A stretch of DNA of 64,000 nt from Callorhinchus milii (lineage: Eukaryota): assembly GCF_018977255.1 (NCBI RefSeq), contig NW_024704743.1, positions 86,988,001-87,052,000 on the forward strand, in the 5' to 3' direction. The notes under the pieces are model-generated. The model did not search any database and was not told the origin of the DNA. It saw only the letters and a program-made list of their open reading frames with translations. Shown piece by piece: positions 11,028 through 23,685 of the stretch; positions within the stretch are counted from its first letter, which is position 1; the number at the start of each line of letters is the position of its first letter. The position numbers and the translations under genes were made by a program.

Positions 11028-14000
11028 CATTTTCCTTTCTCCACAGATGCTGCCTGACCTACTGAGTGTTCCCAGCGACTTCTGTTTTTGTATTAAATGT
11101 TGCTAGTTGAGAACAAATGACAAAAGCGATGAAGGTATTTTGGTGCTTTTGATTGACAATAGTTAAGATTCTAAGGTTATTTGGGCCTAATTTGCAGTAT
11201 TTTCTTCCTAACAAATATGCGGAGGAATGGATTCTTGAGCACATTCAGTGAATTGGATGTTATTACATATTTCTTCATAAGGAATCAGCTAAGAAAAATC
11301 GCAAATTAGACCCAATTTTAATATTACAGGAAGGTAAAATTTAAAGTGATTCTAGAACAATTAAAGTATTACAATATTTATTTATTGAAGCTTTACCTGC
11401 TGATAATTTCTCACAAAATGCACCGTTATGGTACTGTATTATTTGAATGGGACGAAAGCTGCTTCTAATGAAGATACAGAAGATATCAAAGATAAACTCC
11501 ACATTTTCTAATAATCCAGTCCAAAATATAATTGATAAGAGTAACATTGCTTCCATTTTACCGTCGTCACTAATAGGCCATTGAATTGATTGCAATGGTG
11601 AGAGTACCTACAACTTATATATGGGAATACATTGCATTCAATTATATATAAAATAGCTACAAGGTGCTAAATTGCCCTGTATTTCAGGTGTAAAATACTG
11701 TACAAATCCTACATTATAAATTAAAAATATTCCCCGGTGGTTATAAATTTTATGTACACCTGCATATGATAGCAGTTAAAACAAAATTAAAAAATTAAGT
11801 AATAGCAGAAGTGTGTATGCATTATAACTAATAAAAAAACTGAGTGCATTTAAGGTATTAACTTAATCTCAGATCTTCAGATGGGATTGTAAACCACCCA
11901 AGATTTGTTTTTACTCGCTCCACTTGAATTTCTTCAATTATATTTTTTGCTTTTAAATTCACTGAGTGTTAACCAATTCTCCCTCTATAAATCTAGTATA
12001 TAATTAAGCTCTTACATTTATCAAATCGGTTTTATTGCGTTCTATTGGTATTAGAAGGAATATCTTCGATTTATACATTATCAAAATGATAATTTATTTG
12101 TTTATATGTATTTATAAAATGCTATGAATATTTGAGCCAAAGTAAACATTTTAAATTTATTGTTTCAATTTATAGCTATTAAGCAAATAATCTACCAATT
12201 ATAGCACCTTGTGATCCGCAGATCAACATCAAATGCTGAAGAGCAGAATGATATAACAAATATATTATTCACAGATATATAAAGCATCAACATATTGGAA
12301 TTGTTATATACTGCAGCAAATATCAGGATCATAATAATCTCTGTGCTTTACTACTATAAATATGAATATTCTGTCAAAAAGGGGTGAAATCTGTACGTGA
12401 ACAAAGTGACTATAAGCAGCTTGATCAGTCTGGAAGGATGTTGGTTTTCTTCTCATGGATTAAGTGTCATTGCATTCCCCAGAGAAGAAACAAGGTTTTA
12501 AAATTCAGTCCATTTGCAGAATCTATATGTTTGTGATGGTCAAACACCGAGGGAGTGTAGGTTACAACACACTAAAGGAATTTCATTGCAGAATAAAGGC
12601 TTATTACCTGAGATTTATAATTAAGAGAGTCTATATGTTTGTCAGACATTATGTGTCAATCAAATTGAGTTTGTGAACTATTGCAGTCAATACACAGTTG
12701 CTTGTGTTGTACGAAATATAACAGCATATTTATTTTTTACGTAAAAGGTTTGTAATTTCAATAGTCAGTATTTTGTTTTCATGGCTTTAATTTTAATGCA
12801 ATATTAAGACTTCATTATAAAGCAATACAGTTCATAGCATCATTCTACGTAAAGTTCCTGGGATTATTCATTGTTTTCTCTGTATAAATTTACCATTTTC
12901 ATTAGGAATGAAATGGAAAATGAAGCCCTTTTTAATCAAGCAAGGCAACTCTTACTACAAGATAAAAACAATTATTTTTATATTAAAATTGGGAAATTCA
13001 AATCTCAATTGATGTCACTTACCATATACAACTGGATATAAATATAACATTAAATATATTAAGTCTGACTCCTTTTCCTTCCTTCTTTGGTAAAATAATT
13101 TAAAACGTTGAAACACTATATGATTGGCCAAATCCATCACTTGGAAGAGTATCCTGTCCTGAGTGCATTTTAGCGAAAGAATAATTATTCTATTACAAGG
13201 ATTGTACAACTGACATTAAATATTATTTTTTACAGGCATCTGCTATCTGTTGTAAATCCACTGAAAACGCATTTTAAAAATGGTTTGTCCACAAACCAAT
13301 GCTGCCATGTTGGAACATGCAAACTTTGGTTACAGTATTCATTCACATTCCTGTACTGCAGGGCTCCTGTTTCACTGGTCATTTTACAGGGAACGATTCA
13401 ATAGGTTCACTCCGCAACTGATGTACCTGATGCTGAGACGGTACTAGAATGTAAAGGCAGGATGTTTAACAGGCTAAATAAGTTTTTTTGTAAAATGCAA
13501 ACATCCTGCAAATTGCTTTGCCATTCTGTAGTAAGAGTTACACTACTAGTTAAAAACATTATCTGAATAGGAATAGCACTTTATCCTCATAAATGCCTAT
13601 CAAAAAATTTTTGTTAAAAAATAGTATTTGCAATTACCAATCCTCCCCCAGTGAATGTCAGTGGAAACAATCTTTGGGATAAAAACTGTGTGAACTTTTA
13701 CATATGTGATGAGCTCATTCTGTAGAAACTAATGAAAAAGCATGTTAATCAATTGTTTCTATATTTTTCAGTTATATTGGCATCAAGCTTTGAAAATTAA
13801 TGCTCCTTGTAGCATTTGTTGTGAAATGTAATGAGCACAAAATACTGCATGTACAGACCTCAAGGGAGTTTCCAACAGAAGAAAGATTATTGTGGCTTTA
13901 CTCTAAGTAATGCTACGGAAACACACACACATATATATATATATATACAATTAACAATCGCTATGTTTATAATTATTTTCAAGGAAGAAAATATAACTAC

Positions 14001-15129
14001 GAATAATTCTCTCTTTAGCTCTACCCCATCGACTTTCTTTCTCAAATGTCATTTCAGAATTGAAGCTACTGGAAGTTTTGGAAAATTCAAAGTTGTTCCT
14101 CAGCGCATGTTGTTTCCTGATACATAATAATTACCATAATCTTGGTATTTGATTGCTTACATAAGCAGACTGTTAAATCTTCATCTTGCATAATTTTAGT
14201 TAGTGGTTTAATAGTATTTATTGAAGACCATCACAATGTATCTGATGTTGGCATCATGAGTACGAAGTACAATCTAAGTGTCATGTTGTGAAAAGACAGT
14301 CAATCAAATTACTACTGCTAATAACTGCTCTTGAACAACCTGTTCTGCTCATTCATTTTGTCTTTTAACCCTCTTGAGAAAAGAATGCTTTCCCACTTCT
14401 GGGAAGCACTTCCTTACACAGTCTGATTGAAAAATAGTGAAGAATACCAAACCAAATAGGAACATAATGAGATCCAATTTACTCTGACCACTAAAAATAC
14501 AGATCTGTTCTATAATGGAAATTTCATTTTAAAAGACAAATGGGTGGAAGCACTATTGTTAAATTCATTATTGTAAGAGAGAGCCCAATGTTTTATTGAC
14601 AACTGAATATGTGTCTATATGATATAAATATAAATAGAAGCATTTAAAAATATTGCAATCTTACAGGGTTAACTTGTGACAGCGAAATATCACAATATTA
14701 AAATAATTTAAATGTGATATTTGATGAATGCGGTTATCATAGAATTTAACATTAAGAGAAACTTTGAATTTTTAAAAAATCAATGTCGGACTAATTCAAT
14801 TTAGACCATACAAATTGAATTAGGCAAAACAAAATGTATAAATAAATCAATATGAAATAGTAGAAATGCTGCTTAATTCTGAAGATCTTGCAGCAAAATA
14901 GGTATATATTTATTTGCAATTTTTCAGGTTTTAAAAAGTTACTGATTTTCGGAATATGCAATACCATAACACTCCAATCTTTGATACAATGAGATAAGCA
15001 GTTGTATTAATAATCTGAACTCAGTGATCACCTTATATCAAAGCCTGTATTGTAGTAAGAAATTTGGAATTGTTATCATCCCTCACCAGGCATCTTCTGA
15101 GCAACTCATTTAATTTTTCACAATGATAA

Positions 15130-15590
15130 GTTCTTTTACATGATGCAAATGCATGGTAATTTCATTGGAAAAGGGTTGCCAATTACTGCCTTGTAAACTC
15201 CAGTCCTCCGGAGTGATCTATGCAAACAGGACGCACTTTCAATTTGCTGTGGCTGTCCTCGTCTGATAGATCAGGGGGCCCGATTGCTTGGGTTTGCAGG
15301 GAAAAAATTAATCCATTTAACAATCTGCGGCTTAAATTTAAGGATTTTCAGGTTTTTTTTCAGACTATCAATACGCTCCAATTCAAGAGCGGATTCCTTG
15401 CACTCAGGCATCCGCTGGTGATAACAGCCGAGTTGGCATGAAGAGAGGCAGAGATGGATTAATTATGCAGAGAACATGGAAATTTCAGCTTATCATCGAA
15501 CAGCAAAGGAGCCGAGCTCACATAATCAGCAAACGAGAAACACAATGCAATGGCACGTTCAAGGCAATCAGAGTGCACGTTACATGTTAA
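15130..15590. promoter_or_regulatory. Putative conserved non-coding element / enhancer
   Basis: Unique, repeat-free, many retained CpGs against a CpG-poor background; octamer ATGCAAAT at 15143; TAAT/TAATTA motifs. Conservation untested. Confidence 0.4.
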
Positions 15591-15941
15591 GATTTCTTCT
15601 AAAATTAAAAAAAAACAACCAGATGGGAAAAGTATAAAATGATGTTAATGAGGAATTTAAAAATCTTTCTAAACTCATGAATAGTTTTTCTTCTTGCTAT
15701 CTAACATACAGAATATTTAAGGAATATGTACAATACCCAGATATGTCAGACTTTCAGGTACCATTAGACTCAATATGCAAAAGCAAAAGCTGCTGCCATC
15801 ATTTTTGAGTGGCACAAACATGCCAGCAATGTTGCTGCCTTTTGGTTTAAATTAACCCAATCACCACCAGAATGGAGGGAGACACTATCTCACAGAGTGG
15901 AGATACATTTCAGAAAGTTACTCAATTTATTGGGTAAAAAA

Positions 15942-16282
15942 CATTTTGATATACCGCCTTATTGCGTCTTTGAGATGTCTCAAAACGCTTCACAGAATAT
16001 ACTGTAAAGTGAATTGACTGTATATTTTGGGCAAAACGTGGCAGCCAATTGCGCACAGCAGTGTCCCACAGTCATAGATTGAGTGATACATTTTTTTCTA
16101 AAAAGGGATTATTACCCCCAGATCTGCTAATTGACTAACAACTGGGTTCCTACTTACTTCTTGGTAATCAGAGGTGTGTGGAGTAAGAAAACTTGCCCAA
16201 CATTTTGCCCTGCTCGAGAACCAAACCCAGGTCCTCCCGCTTGCGAGGTGAGTGCTCTGACCAATACCCTACAGGAGTCCAC
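15942..16282 (-). mobile_element. SINE family B, near full length
   Basis: Reverse complement colinear with 44801-45172. Confidence 0.9.
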
Positions 16283-19200
16283 AATGTGCAGGAAATACAA
16301 ATATACTCGACTCAATTTGAATGACAAATTACCCACTACTCCCCTCCCCACCCAACTAAAGATGCCATGCAAAGGTTTCTCCCACAAATCCTGAAAAAGT
16401 AATCCGCATTAAAATTGTGCCAATGACTTCTCTCAATAGATAGGAATCACAAACAGACATTGCAGGGGTATAAACAAACATGTTGTTTTCCAGCTGTAAA
16501 TTATGAATGGAGCACAACATACAAGAGCGATGAGACTATTTATTCTGTACTTTGATCAACCACATTCCTCACCCAAATGCCCATTAATGAATGAAGTGTG
16601 ACACCAGACAAAGTGTCAGCGGGCTATTTGACCAGAAGGATACTGATCCTGTCTTCACTCAGAACCCACACGTATTCTCCTCCAACAGAGATCTTTGTGA
16701 AACAAAGTTTTAATGTAAACATTTAATACTAATTGCTAACATTCTTCATACCATAATTTTAAGGTGGTATGCTGCGTTTTACTTTTAGTCTAACCATTTA
16801 ACATTATGTCTGTTTTCAATTTTATGATCCTTTTAAAATCAATTTTTGTAACTGTAAATTAAGAACATACATTTGCTTCTTGGCATCGAGGGATTTTTAG
16901 TGATAAATCATGATATTCTAACCCATTTACTGGTAAGGTGGTGACACAGAATGTTCCAGGGTTTGCCATAACAGTAAATTCAGAAATTCGTTTAAACTGA
17001 AGTCAGATTGAAATACAATAACCTGAAGTCTAAAACTGTTTTCAGCTATTAATGTTCAATTAGCAGATGCAGACATGGTATTAAAAAAATCATGAAATCA
17101 TATGTCTGAGAGGCAGTGGTAGATTTAATACTGGAAACATGGTTAGGTGTGATTCAATGAAAAATGTGTTGTTTGGTTAGAAGTTTCCCAATTTATAAAT
17201 TGTGTTGTTAAATCCACCAATATAAAAATAACAGCAGCAAACAACTGGCTGAATGGTATTTAAACATGCCAAAGACAAAAAGCCTTCAACCTGCATTTAT
17301 AACATGCATTTGGAAGGGAAACATCACCTCATTTACCTCTTTTAGGAAAAAAAGAGGGAGGTACAGCTCTTCAAGCTGGATCAATAGAGAGTATGATTGG
17401 ACTTAGGTGAAAGTGTAAAGCTTCAATGATTCAGAAGAATCTGGTAAGCCTCTGAAATTAAAGGCAAACACATTAGAACTGCCCCGAGTTAATGCATTGG
17501 AACATATATTCTGTCATGCAAGTCTTAAAGTATGCATTTATGAAAAAATATTGTTAATGTAAAACACTTTGGATCTCCAAAAAATTGTTTACAGGTCCAG
17601 AAGTAGTAAACATTCACAACATTCATTGTGATACATTAAAAGTTGCATTTGTAGTTTGTATGTTTGCTGATTGTTTGTATAGTGTCACAAACATTGAACT
17701 TACAGACACCAATGAGAAACTCACTTCTGTATTTTAGTTATTATATTAGTAAATTATGAGCAGTTATTTTAGTAAAGGATCACATTAATACAAGCATATC
17801 ACATAGCACATATGAAGAGCTAGATATTGTAATCAGCTAATGGAAGAAGGTCATCCCTTTTTCCTCTTCCCACTTTGCTTGATGTATATTCTCCCTTGAA
17901 AGCACTTTGAGACACTATCCTATGGGAAACCCATCATGAAGTGCAATCACTTGTTTGCTAGTGCTAGTTCCCTCACTGAAGCTAGCTTTCCCACTGGAGC
18001 TACTTCTCCCACCAATTCAAATCTGCAACTCTTTCTCTCACATGTCCTTGTTGTATGGAAAGGATAATGTTGTGGGGTACAGATTATTACTATTGTGGTA
18101 TAACCAATTGAATGTTTGTCATTTCTGTAACTGATAGAATATTTTGAGATTGAGTTTTACAGCCATATACTGAGTTGGTTTGCTACATTTTATATCATTT
18201 AAGCAAAATAGATATCAAAATGTTACAAGAATTATCAGAAGGGTTCAGATAACATAACCATCAATGCTGGGGGAAAACAAGCGTAATATTAAAGAGGAGA
18301 TGCTCTCACATCTCGTGTTCCAGGAGTATACAATCAGCTATGGTAAATACAGGGGGAGAGGAAGGAGGTAAGTAGGATGTCGTGGGTTTGAACCAACAGG
18401 CAGTTCCTCAGTCAACTAAAGAATGGTTAGTGAGCCCTTCTGGGTTGTCAAAAAGACGCAAACATGCTCTGAGCACTGCAAGTCAAAGCTATGGTCCTAA
18501 ATGGATAAGCCATAGTTACCAATTAAATGAAAAATAAAACAAGAAATTTAAACACAGAAGAAGGGCGGGCTAGGTGGCTTATTTGGTAATGTTAAGATCA
18601 TTTCTTACCCAATAATATTCAAGTACAATCTCGCCTAGATTTCTTTATGTTCTGTTACAATTTGTGAGACATCTAACTGGTTACAGTTGCCTCTGGATGT
18701 ACACTGAGATTTAATGTGAGCTGAAAGATTACATTACAGCTTTTTACATTACATTATATAACAGGGTAAAACCAGAGCAATAGAAATGACAAACAAACTG
18801 AGACTTGATGAGAGGATAGAAATACCTACAGAATTTGTATTGGCTGTCAGTGAACAATCTAGCTTTCCCACGGGCTAATGCATCCTCCAACAACAGTCAT
18901 TTAAATGTTAACACTGTATTTGAACTTCTGCATACATGGGCAGTATTCCAGATGATGAGAATGCCTGGGAGAAAGTTACACAGGCAGAAGAAGCAGTGTG
19001 TGCAGCCTCATTACTACTGTTTATTACTGATTTTTTGATACAAATGTTTGCAGTATACCATTGGTCTCGGGTTCCTGGTATAAACATGGAGGTCTATCTG
19101 AAGCGCAAGGAACAGTTGTGATGCTGCATTAATCACAATCTTCTAGAGGACTGACATTACAAACACATAGTCTAATAGTCTTCTTGAACTCAAGCACTGA

Positions 19201-19529
19201 CTTATGTACTTTTAGTTTATTTCTTTTTTTGGTGAATATTTGGGCCCACAAATACAAGGGAAGCTAGCAAGCACACAATACTAGCAATAAGTACTTCCTG
19301 TAGGAATAGTACTTATCGGATTTAGAATGTATCTCCTATTGCCCCACAATGCAGTTAACTTTCAAGCTCAGAAGGATACTCCCCAGCATATTTTCCACAC
19401 CAGTCACTCGCTGCCTGTCTGAATGACATTGTGAATTTAGTGCCAAATAAAGCATACATCTTGTGCTCATACTAAGAACTGGGTAAATGGCTGTAAGAGT
19501 CCTATGTAAAATGACTTTGAAGACTAATA

Positions 19530-19710
19530 AAGAGAGGAGACTTCCATCACATCACTGGATTCAAATCCTTTGAATGACATGTTAAACCAAGGTCCCATTT
19601 GCCTATTTGAGTGGATGTTAAAAGTTCCCGTTTGTATAGTGCCCCTCAGAGAGGTCACTGCATCTCAGAGAGATTGACAAGGCATGATACCAAATGCAAG
19701 GATTATTATC
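19530..19710 (+). mobile_element. Decayed, internally deleted SINE family A
   Basis: GTTAAACCAAGGTCCC...GTGGATGTTAAA...CAAATGCAAGGATTATT. Confidence 0.6.
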
Positions 19711-19959
19711 ATTTATTTTTGTCATCAAACCCCAGACCCAGTGCAGCTTGTTACCCAGTCTCCCTTTTCTTAATTTTTTTTAAAAACATTTTTTCTCATT
19801 GCTTAAGTTTGCTTCCCCTCATGTACATTTCACCAAATGAGAATGGGTAGGCATTCAGCTTCCAGTTTTCTGTTGCACATCTTCCTGTTCACTATGGGGT
19901 ATATGCATGTTACAAAGGTTTACAGGCCTGTTGTTCCTTCATCCTTGCTTACTTGGTTC

Positions 19960-20460
19960 TGTTCAGGCATTCTTGGGATTCTGGGAAAATCATCATAGGT
20001 CACAAGAAAAGAATGGATTGAAAAAGGCTTGTTGGTTTGTTTTGTTTCATCCTTGCTCCAGTCTACCCATTACATCTTTGTTATTAAAATGGATCCAATG
20101 CCCTGGCCTCAAAATCCTTCCCGGTAACCTGTTAATTACCCTTTCTGTAAATAAACATTTCCTGTTCCTAAAATGAATCCTCTGAATCTATGCCCAGCTT
20201 TCGCACATCTAAATGTATTGTTCTGGGTTTGCTTTCTTAATTGCATTTAGCATCTAATTTTCAAATTTTTTTCAAGGTTGAAGACCCTTGCTTAACTAGT
20301 CGGTTTTTAGTTTATCTAGCTGACTCTCAAAGCTTACCCTTCTAACACTGGGGATCGATCTCGTTGCTTTTGTCAGCACTGCCTCGGGCTCACATATATC
20401 ATGACAACCAAAGTACTGACAAAGACTTCAGGGGATCTGAACTGAACCGATTTTGCAATA
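19960..20460 (-). mobile_element. Old CR1 3' remnant
   Basis: CTGTTAATTACCCTTTCTGTAAATAAACATTTCCTG is the reverse complement of the CR1 3' motif seen at 42720 and 45520. Confidence 0.5.
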
Positions 20461-21349
20461 TAACTAACAACCTGTTTATCCTGCCTCACACTGTTTCACC
20501 ATGGTGAGTCAACCAACACTGCTGGATAGCTTTCAACTTTATCCCTAGCAAGTTACATCCAGTCAATCGAGAACATGAGTCACCTATTTCTGCTTCCTAT
20601 CGGCAGTAACTTATGTTTAGATAGCCTCATCTTACAATTCTGTTGCTAATGATTTGTGTATTTTTTTTAAAAATTACAAAAAATAAAAGAAATGTTTAAT
20701 CTATTCACAGAATATTTTGAGAGAATGTTTCTACCCGGTTATGCCATCCATTGGGATGCAGGTGATATAGATCATTGATGTAGGTGATATACATACACAA
20801 AGAGTATTCATGGCATGCATTAATTTTAAATAAAATCTTTTGTAAGTCATTTAATATTTCTCTTCCTCAGATAAGAAGATGGGCCGACAACCTAATGCAA
20901 GGCATTTTTGAAAGCTTGGCTCTGACTGCTGAAATGTGTATGAAAATGGCCCAAGATTTTCTTCTATTTAATTTTCTCTCTTTTTCAACAGCTAAGCACA
21001 TATCTTTGTTTCAACTTTCAGATAAAAAAAATCACTATATGGTAAACAGTGAACATGAACCCATCCATATCCTACCATCCATTGCATAGCACTTTGGTCT
21101 CTAAGCTTACTGCTTTCATTTTTCCATTTTGCATTATTGATTGTTAGTTCACTGATAATTGCCACTATTTATCGTAGTAATTTTCTCTCTTTTCTCAGCC
21201 ATCTCTAATCTCTCTACTTTCTTCCTCCAAATACATTCTTGACCTCTGTACATGTCTCCTCATGGCCAACATCTCTTTAGATTAGACCTCAATGTTTAAA
21301 TCAATCTTTTATGTAGCTGCATTACCTGGCCCTCAAATCAACCAATAGG

Positions 21350-21690
21350 AGCGAGAGATCTGGGTTCGATTCCAGGCAGGGCGAAATATTGAACATGTTT
21401 CCTTACTCCACACTCATCTGTTTACCTAGCAGTAAGTAGGAACCCGGTTGTTTGTCGATTGGTGGATCATTTTTCCGGGGGTAATAATTCCTTCAAAAAA
21501 ATATATAAAGTAAATTGGTCACTCAATTCACGACTGTTTGTGGGACACTGCTGTGAGCAATTGGCTGCCGTGTTTCACCCACCGAATATACAATTCACTT
21601 TACAGTATATTCAGTGAAATGCTTTGAGGCGTCTCGAAAACATGATAAGGCGCTATGTCAATGCAAGAATTATTATTATGATTATTATAA
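21350..21690 (+). mobile_element. SINE family B, 5'-truncated
   Basis: B box GGTTCGATTCC, CORE-like block, Deu block TGTGGGACACTGCTGTGAGCAATTGGCTGCC, tail. Confidence 0.9.
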
Positions 21691-21817
21691 TAATTCCAGG
21701 AACATCTCCCACCCTTGCAGATCCTCCTGAACATCCACTTCTACTTCCTTAAATAAAAATCCTGATCCCTTGAAATTGGTCTATCGTTCCTCTGTTAAGT
21801 ATAGTATTCATATACTC

Positions 21818-22203
21818 TAGGCTGACACTCTAATGCAGTACTGAGGGTGTGCTGCAAGCGCTCTGATACACTACCCTGCGTGGAGGGTGCTATAGAAGTG
21901 CAAGCTTTTGTTGCATTGTTGGTTGTCCTTCAGATCAGATTATAAACCATGTTCTATTGGCCTGTTCAGTTGGACCCTAAAGATCCCATGGCACTAATCG
22001 AAAAGAGAAGGGAATTTCTCCTGCTGTCCTGAGGCCCTTAATGGTCAAATAAAATTGGTCACTCACAACATTGCTGTGCACAAATTGAATGACACATTTG
22101 CCTACAAAAATACAGTCACACTTAATTGTAATCATGTGAAGTGTTTTGAGAGGTCTTCCTGATGTGAAAGATGCTATATCAAATGTAAGGATTACTATTA
22201 TTA
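21818..22203 (+). mobile_element. SINE family A containing a ~55-bp L2 tail insert (21857-21911)
   Basis: GGCTGACACTCTAATGCAGTACTGAGGGTGTGCTGCA [AGCGCTCTG...GCAAGCTTTTGT] TGCATTGTTGG; TGCA duplicated. Confidence 0.75.
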
Positions 22204-22239
22204 CTGTATTAGATTGATCAGATTAAAGAATATTGTATC

Positions 22240-23685
22240 TCCCTCTCACAAACCAGATCTTCCTCCTACTCCAGGATTGTCCTAGATGACAAGGATAATT
22301 CTATTTTCTTCTTCACCATGACCAACCACCTTCTCACCATGCTCATCTCCTGCATGAACCCACCACCTGCTCGCTCCACCAACCCAGCACTTATTTACAT
22401 TATAATCCCTCCTCAGACACTTGTATCCTTTATTGCATCCTTTATCAAACCTACCATCATCACCCCCACCTAAAAAATATCACCTTTTACTCCCATGTCT
22501 CCTCAAACTACTGTCCATCTCCAATTTGGTCTTTCTCTTCAAATTATTGGAATGGCCCCAACTATGTTCCAAATATTCAATAAGGCTTTCAACCCACCCA
22601 TAGCATCAAGACAGACCTGGTTGAAATCACCAGCATAAATCTGTCAGTCACTGATCAGAGACAGCTCTTTGTACAAACTTTACTTCTCTGCTGCTTTTCA
22701 TACTCTTGACCATGAACCACTATTAATCATCACCTTCACCCACCTCAGTAATTCATACTTTATTTGTTCTACTTCTACCTATCCCAATGTTTCTTGGTGA
22801 CATTAATCAGCAGGCATGAGATCAGTTTCCACATGCATGCCAATGACTCCTGTTCTTCCTCTTCTAACATTGATTCCAGGATCATTGCTGTTTTGACCAA
22901 CTGCCTATCAGATTTCAAGTCCTAGATTACTTTTAGCTGCCTTCAGTTGACCATAAACAATCTGAAGCCATCTGATGCAGCTGTAGAAAGTTTCTCGCTG
23001 ATTCTATCAGCCTCTTTGCTCCAGTTAACTGTGAGTAATCATGGCATTCCATTTAACCCACAAATCTGATTCAAACCCTAGCCAAGCATTTACTGCTTAA
23101 ATCCCTGTCCTATACTCAACATAGCCCACACTGTTATTTATGCTTTTGTCATCTCAACACTAGATTTCTCTAAAGCTTTCTTTGTCAGACTCCCTAGCTC
23201 CAACCTTCACAAGTTGTAGCTCATACAGAAATCAACAACACATGTCCTCTTCTCCATCAAACCAGACTGCACTAGCTCTTAACAGATCGACTTAAAGACC
23301 CTTGTCTTGACCTGCAAATCCCTTCACAATCTTGCCCTATTCTATAAATACAATATTCTTCAACCTATTCTCTTGGCTGTATCCTGCTCTGCCAACTCTA
23401 TTCTGTTGCTTGTTCTTCACTCCCACACACTCTCTGTTCCACCATTAGTAGCACAACTTTCAACCATTATGCCCCACTCTCTGGAACACTCTGCCAAAAC
23501 CCTTTCACTTTGCTCCATTCTGCCTGCTTTTAAAACCCTTTTAAAAGTTATTTTGGACTATAATCTTTGGTCAGCATCAACTGCTATTTCTTCCCTCCCT
23601 GCTTAGTGATCCCATCGTCTTTACAAAGTGCTGCAAGATGTTATCCTATGTGAAAGGTGCTATACAAGTGAAAGGTTTTGTTATA
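22240..23685 (+). mobile_element. Old L2 LINE, ~1.4 kb, RT to 3' end, heavily decayed
   Basis: RT-like remnants (CTTCTCTGCTGCTTTTCATACTCTTGACCAT; TTTCCACATGCATGCCAATGAC) and L2 end TGTGAAAGGTGCTATACAAGTG...TTTTGTT. Confidence 0.7.

Larger units (their letters stand above)
9715..11091 (-). mobile_element. Penelope-like retroelement 3' portion with inverted, internally deleted second arm; 14-bp TSD
   Basis: ATTAAATGTTGCTA at 9701-9714 and 11092-11105; ~9752-9990 is the reverse complement of ~10760-11091; GIY-YIG remnant inside. Confidence 0.9.

Noticed and set aside
13015..13209. Minus-strand exon ending at ATG|GTAAGT
   Set aside because: No convincing acceptor; low-complexity AT-rich peptide with no recognisable similarity.
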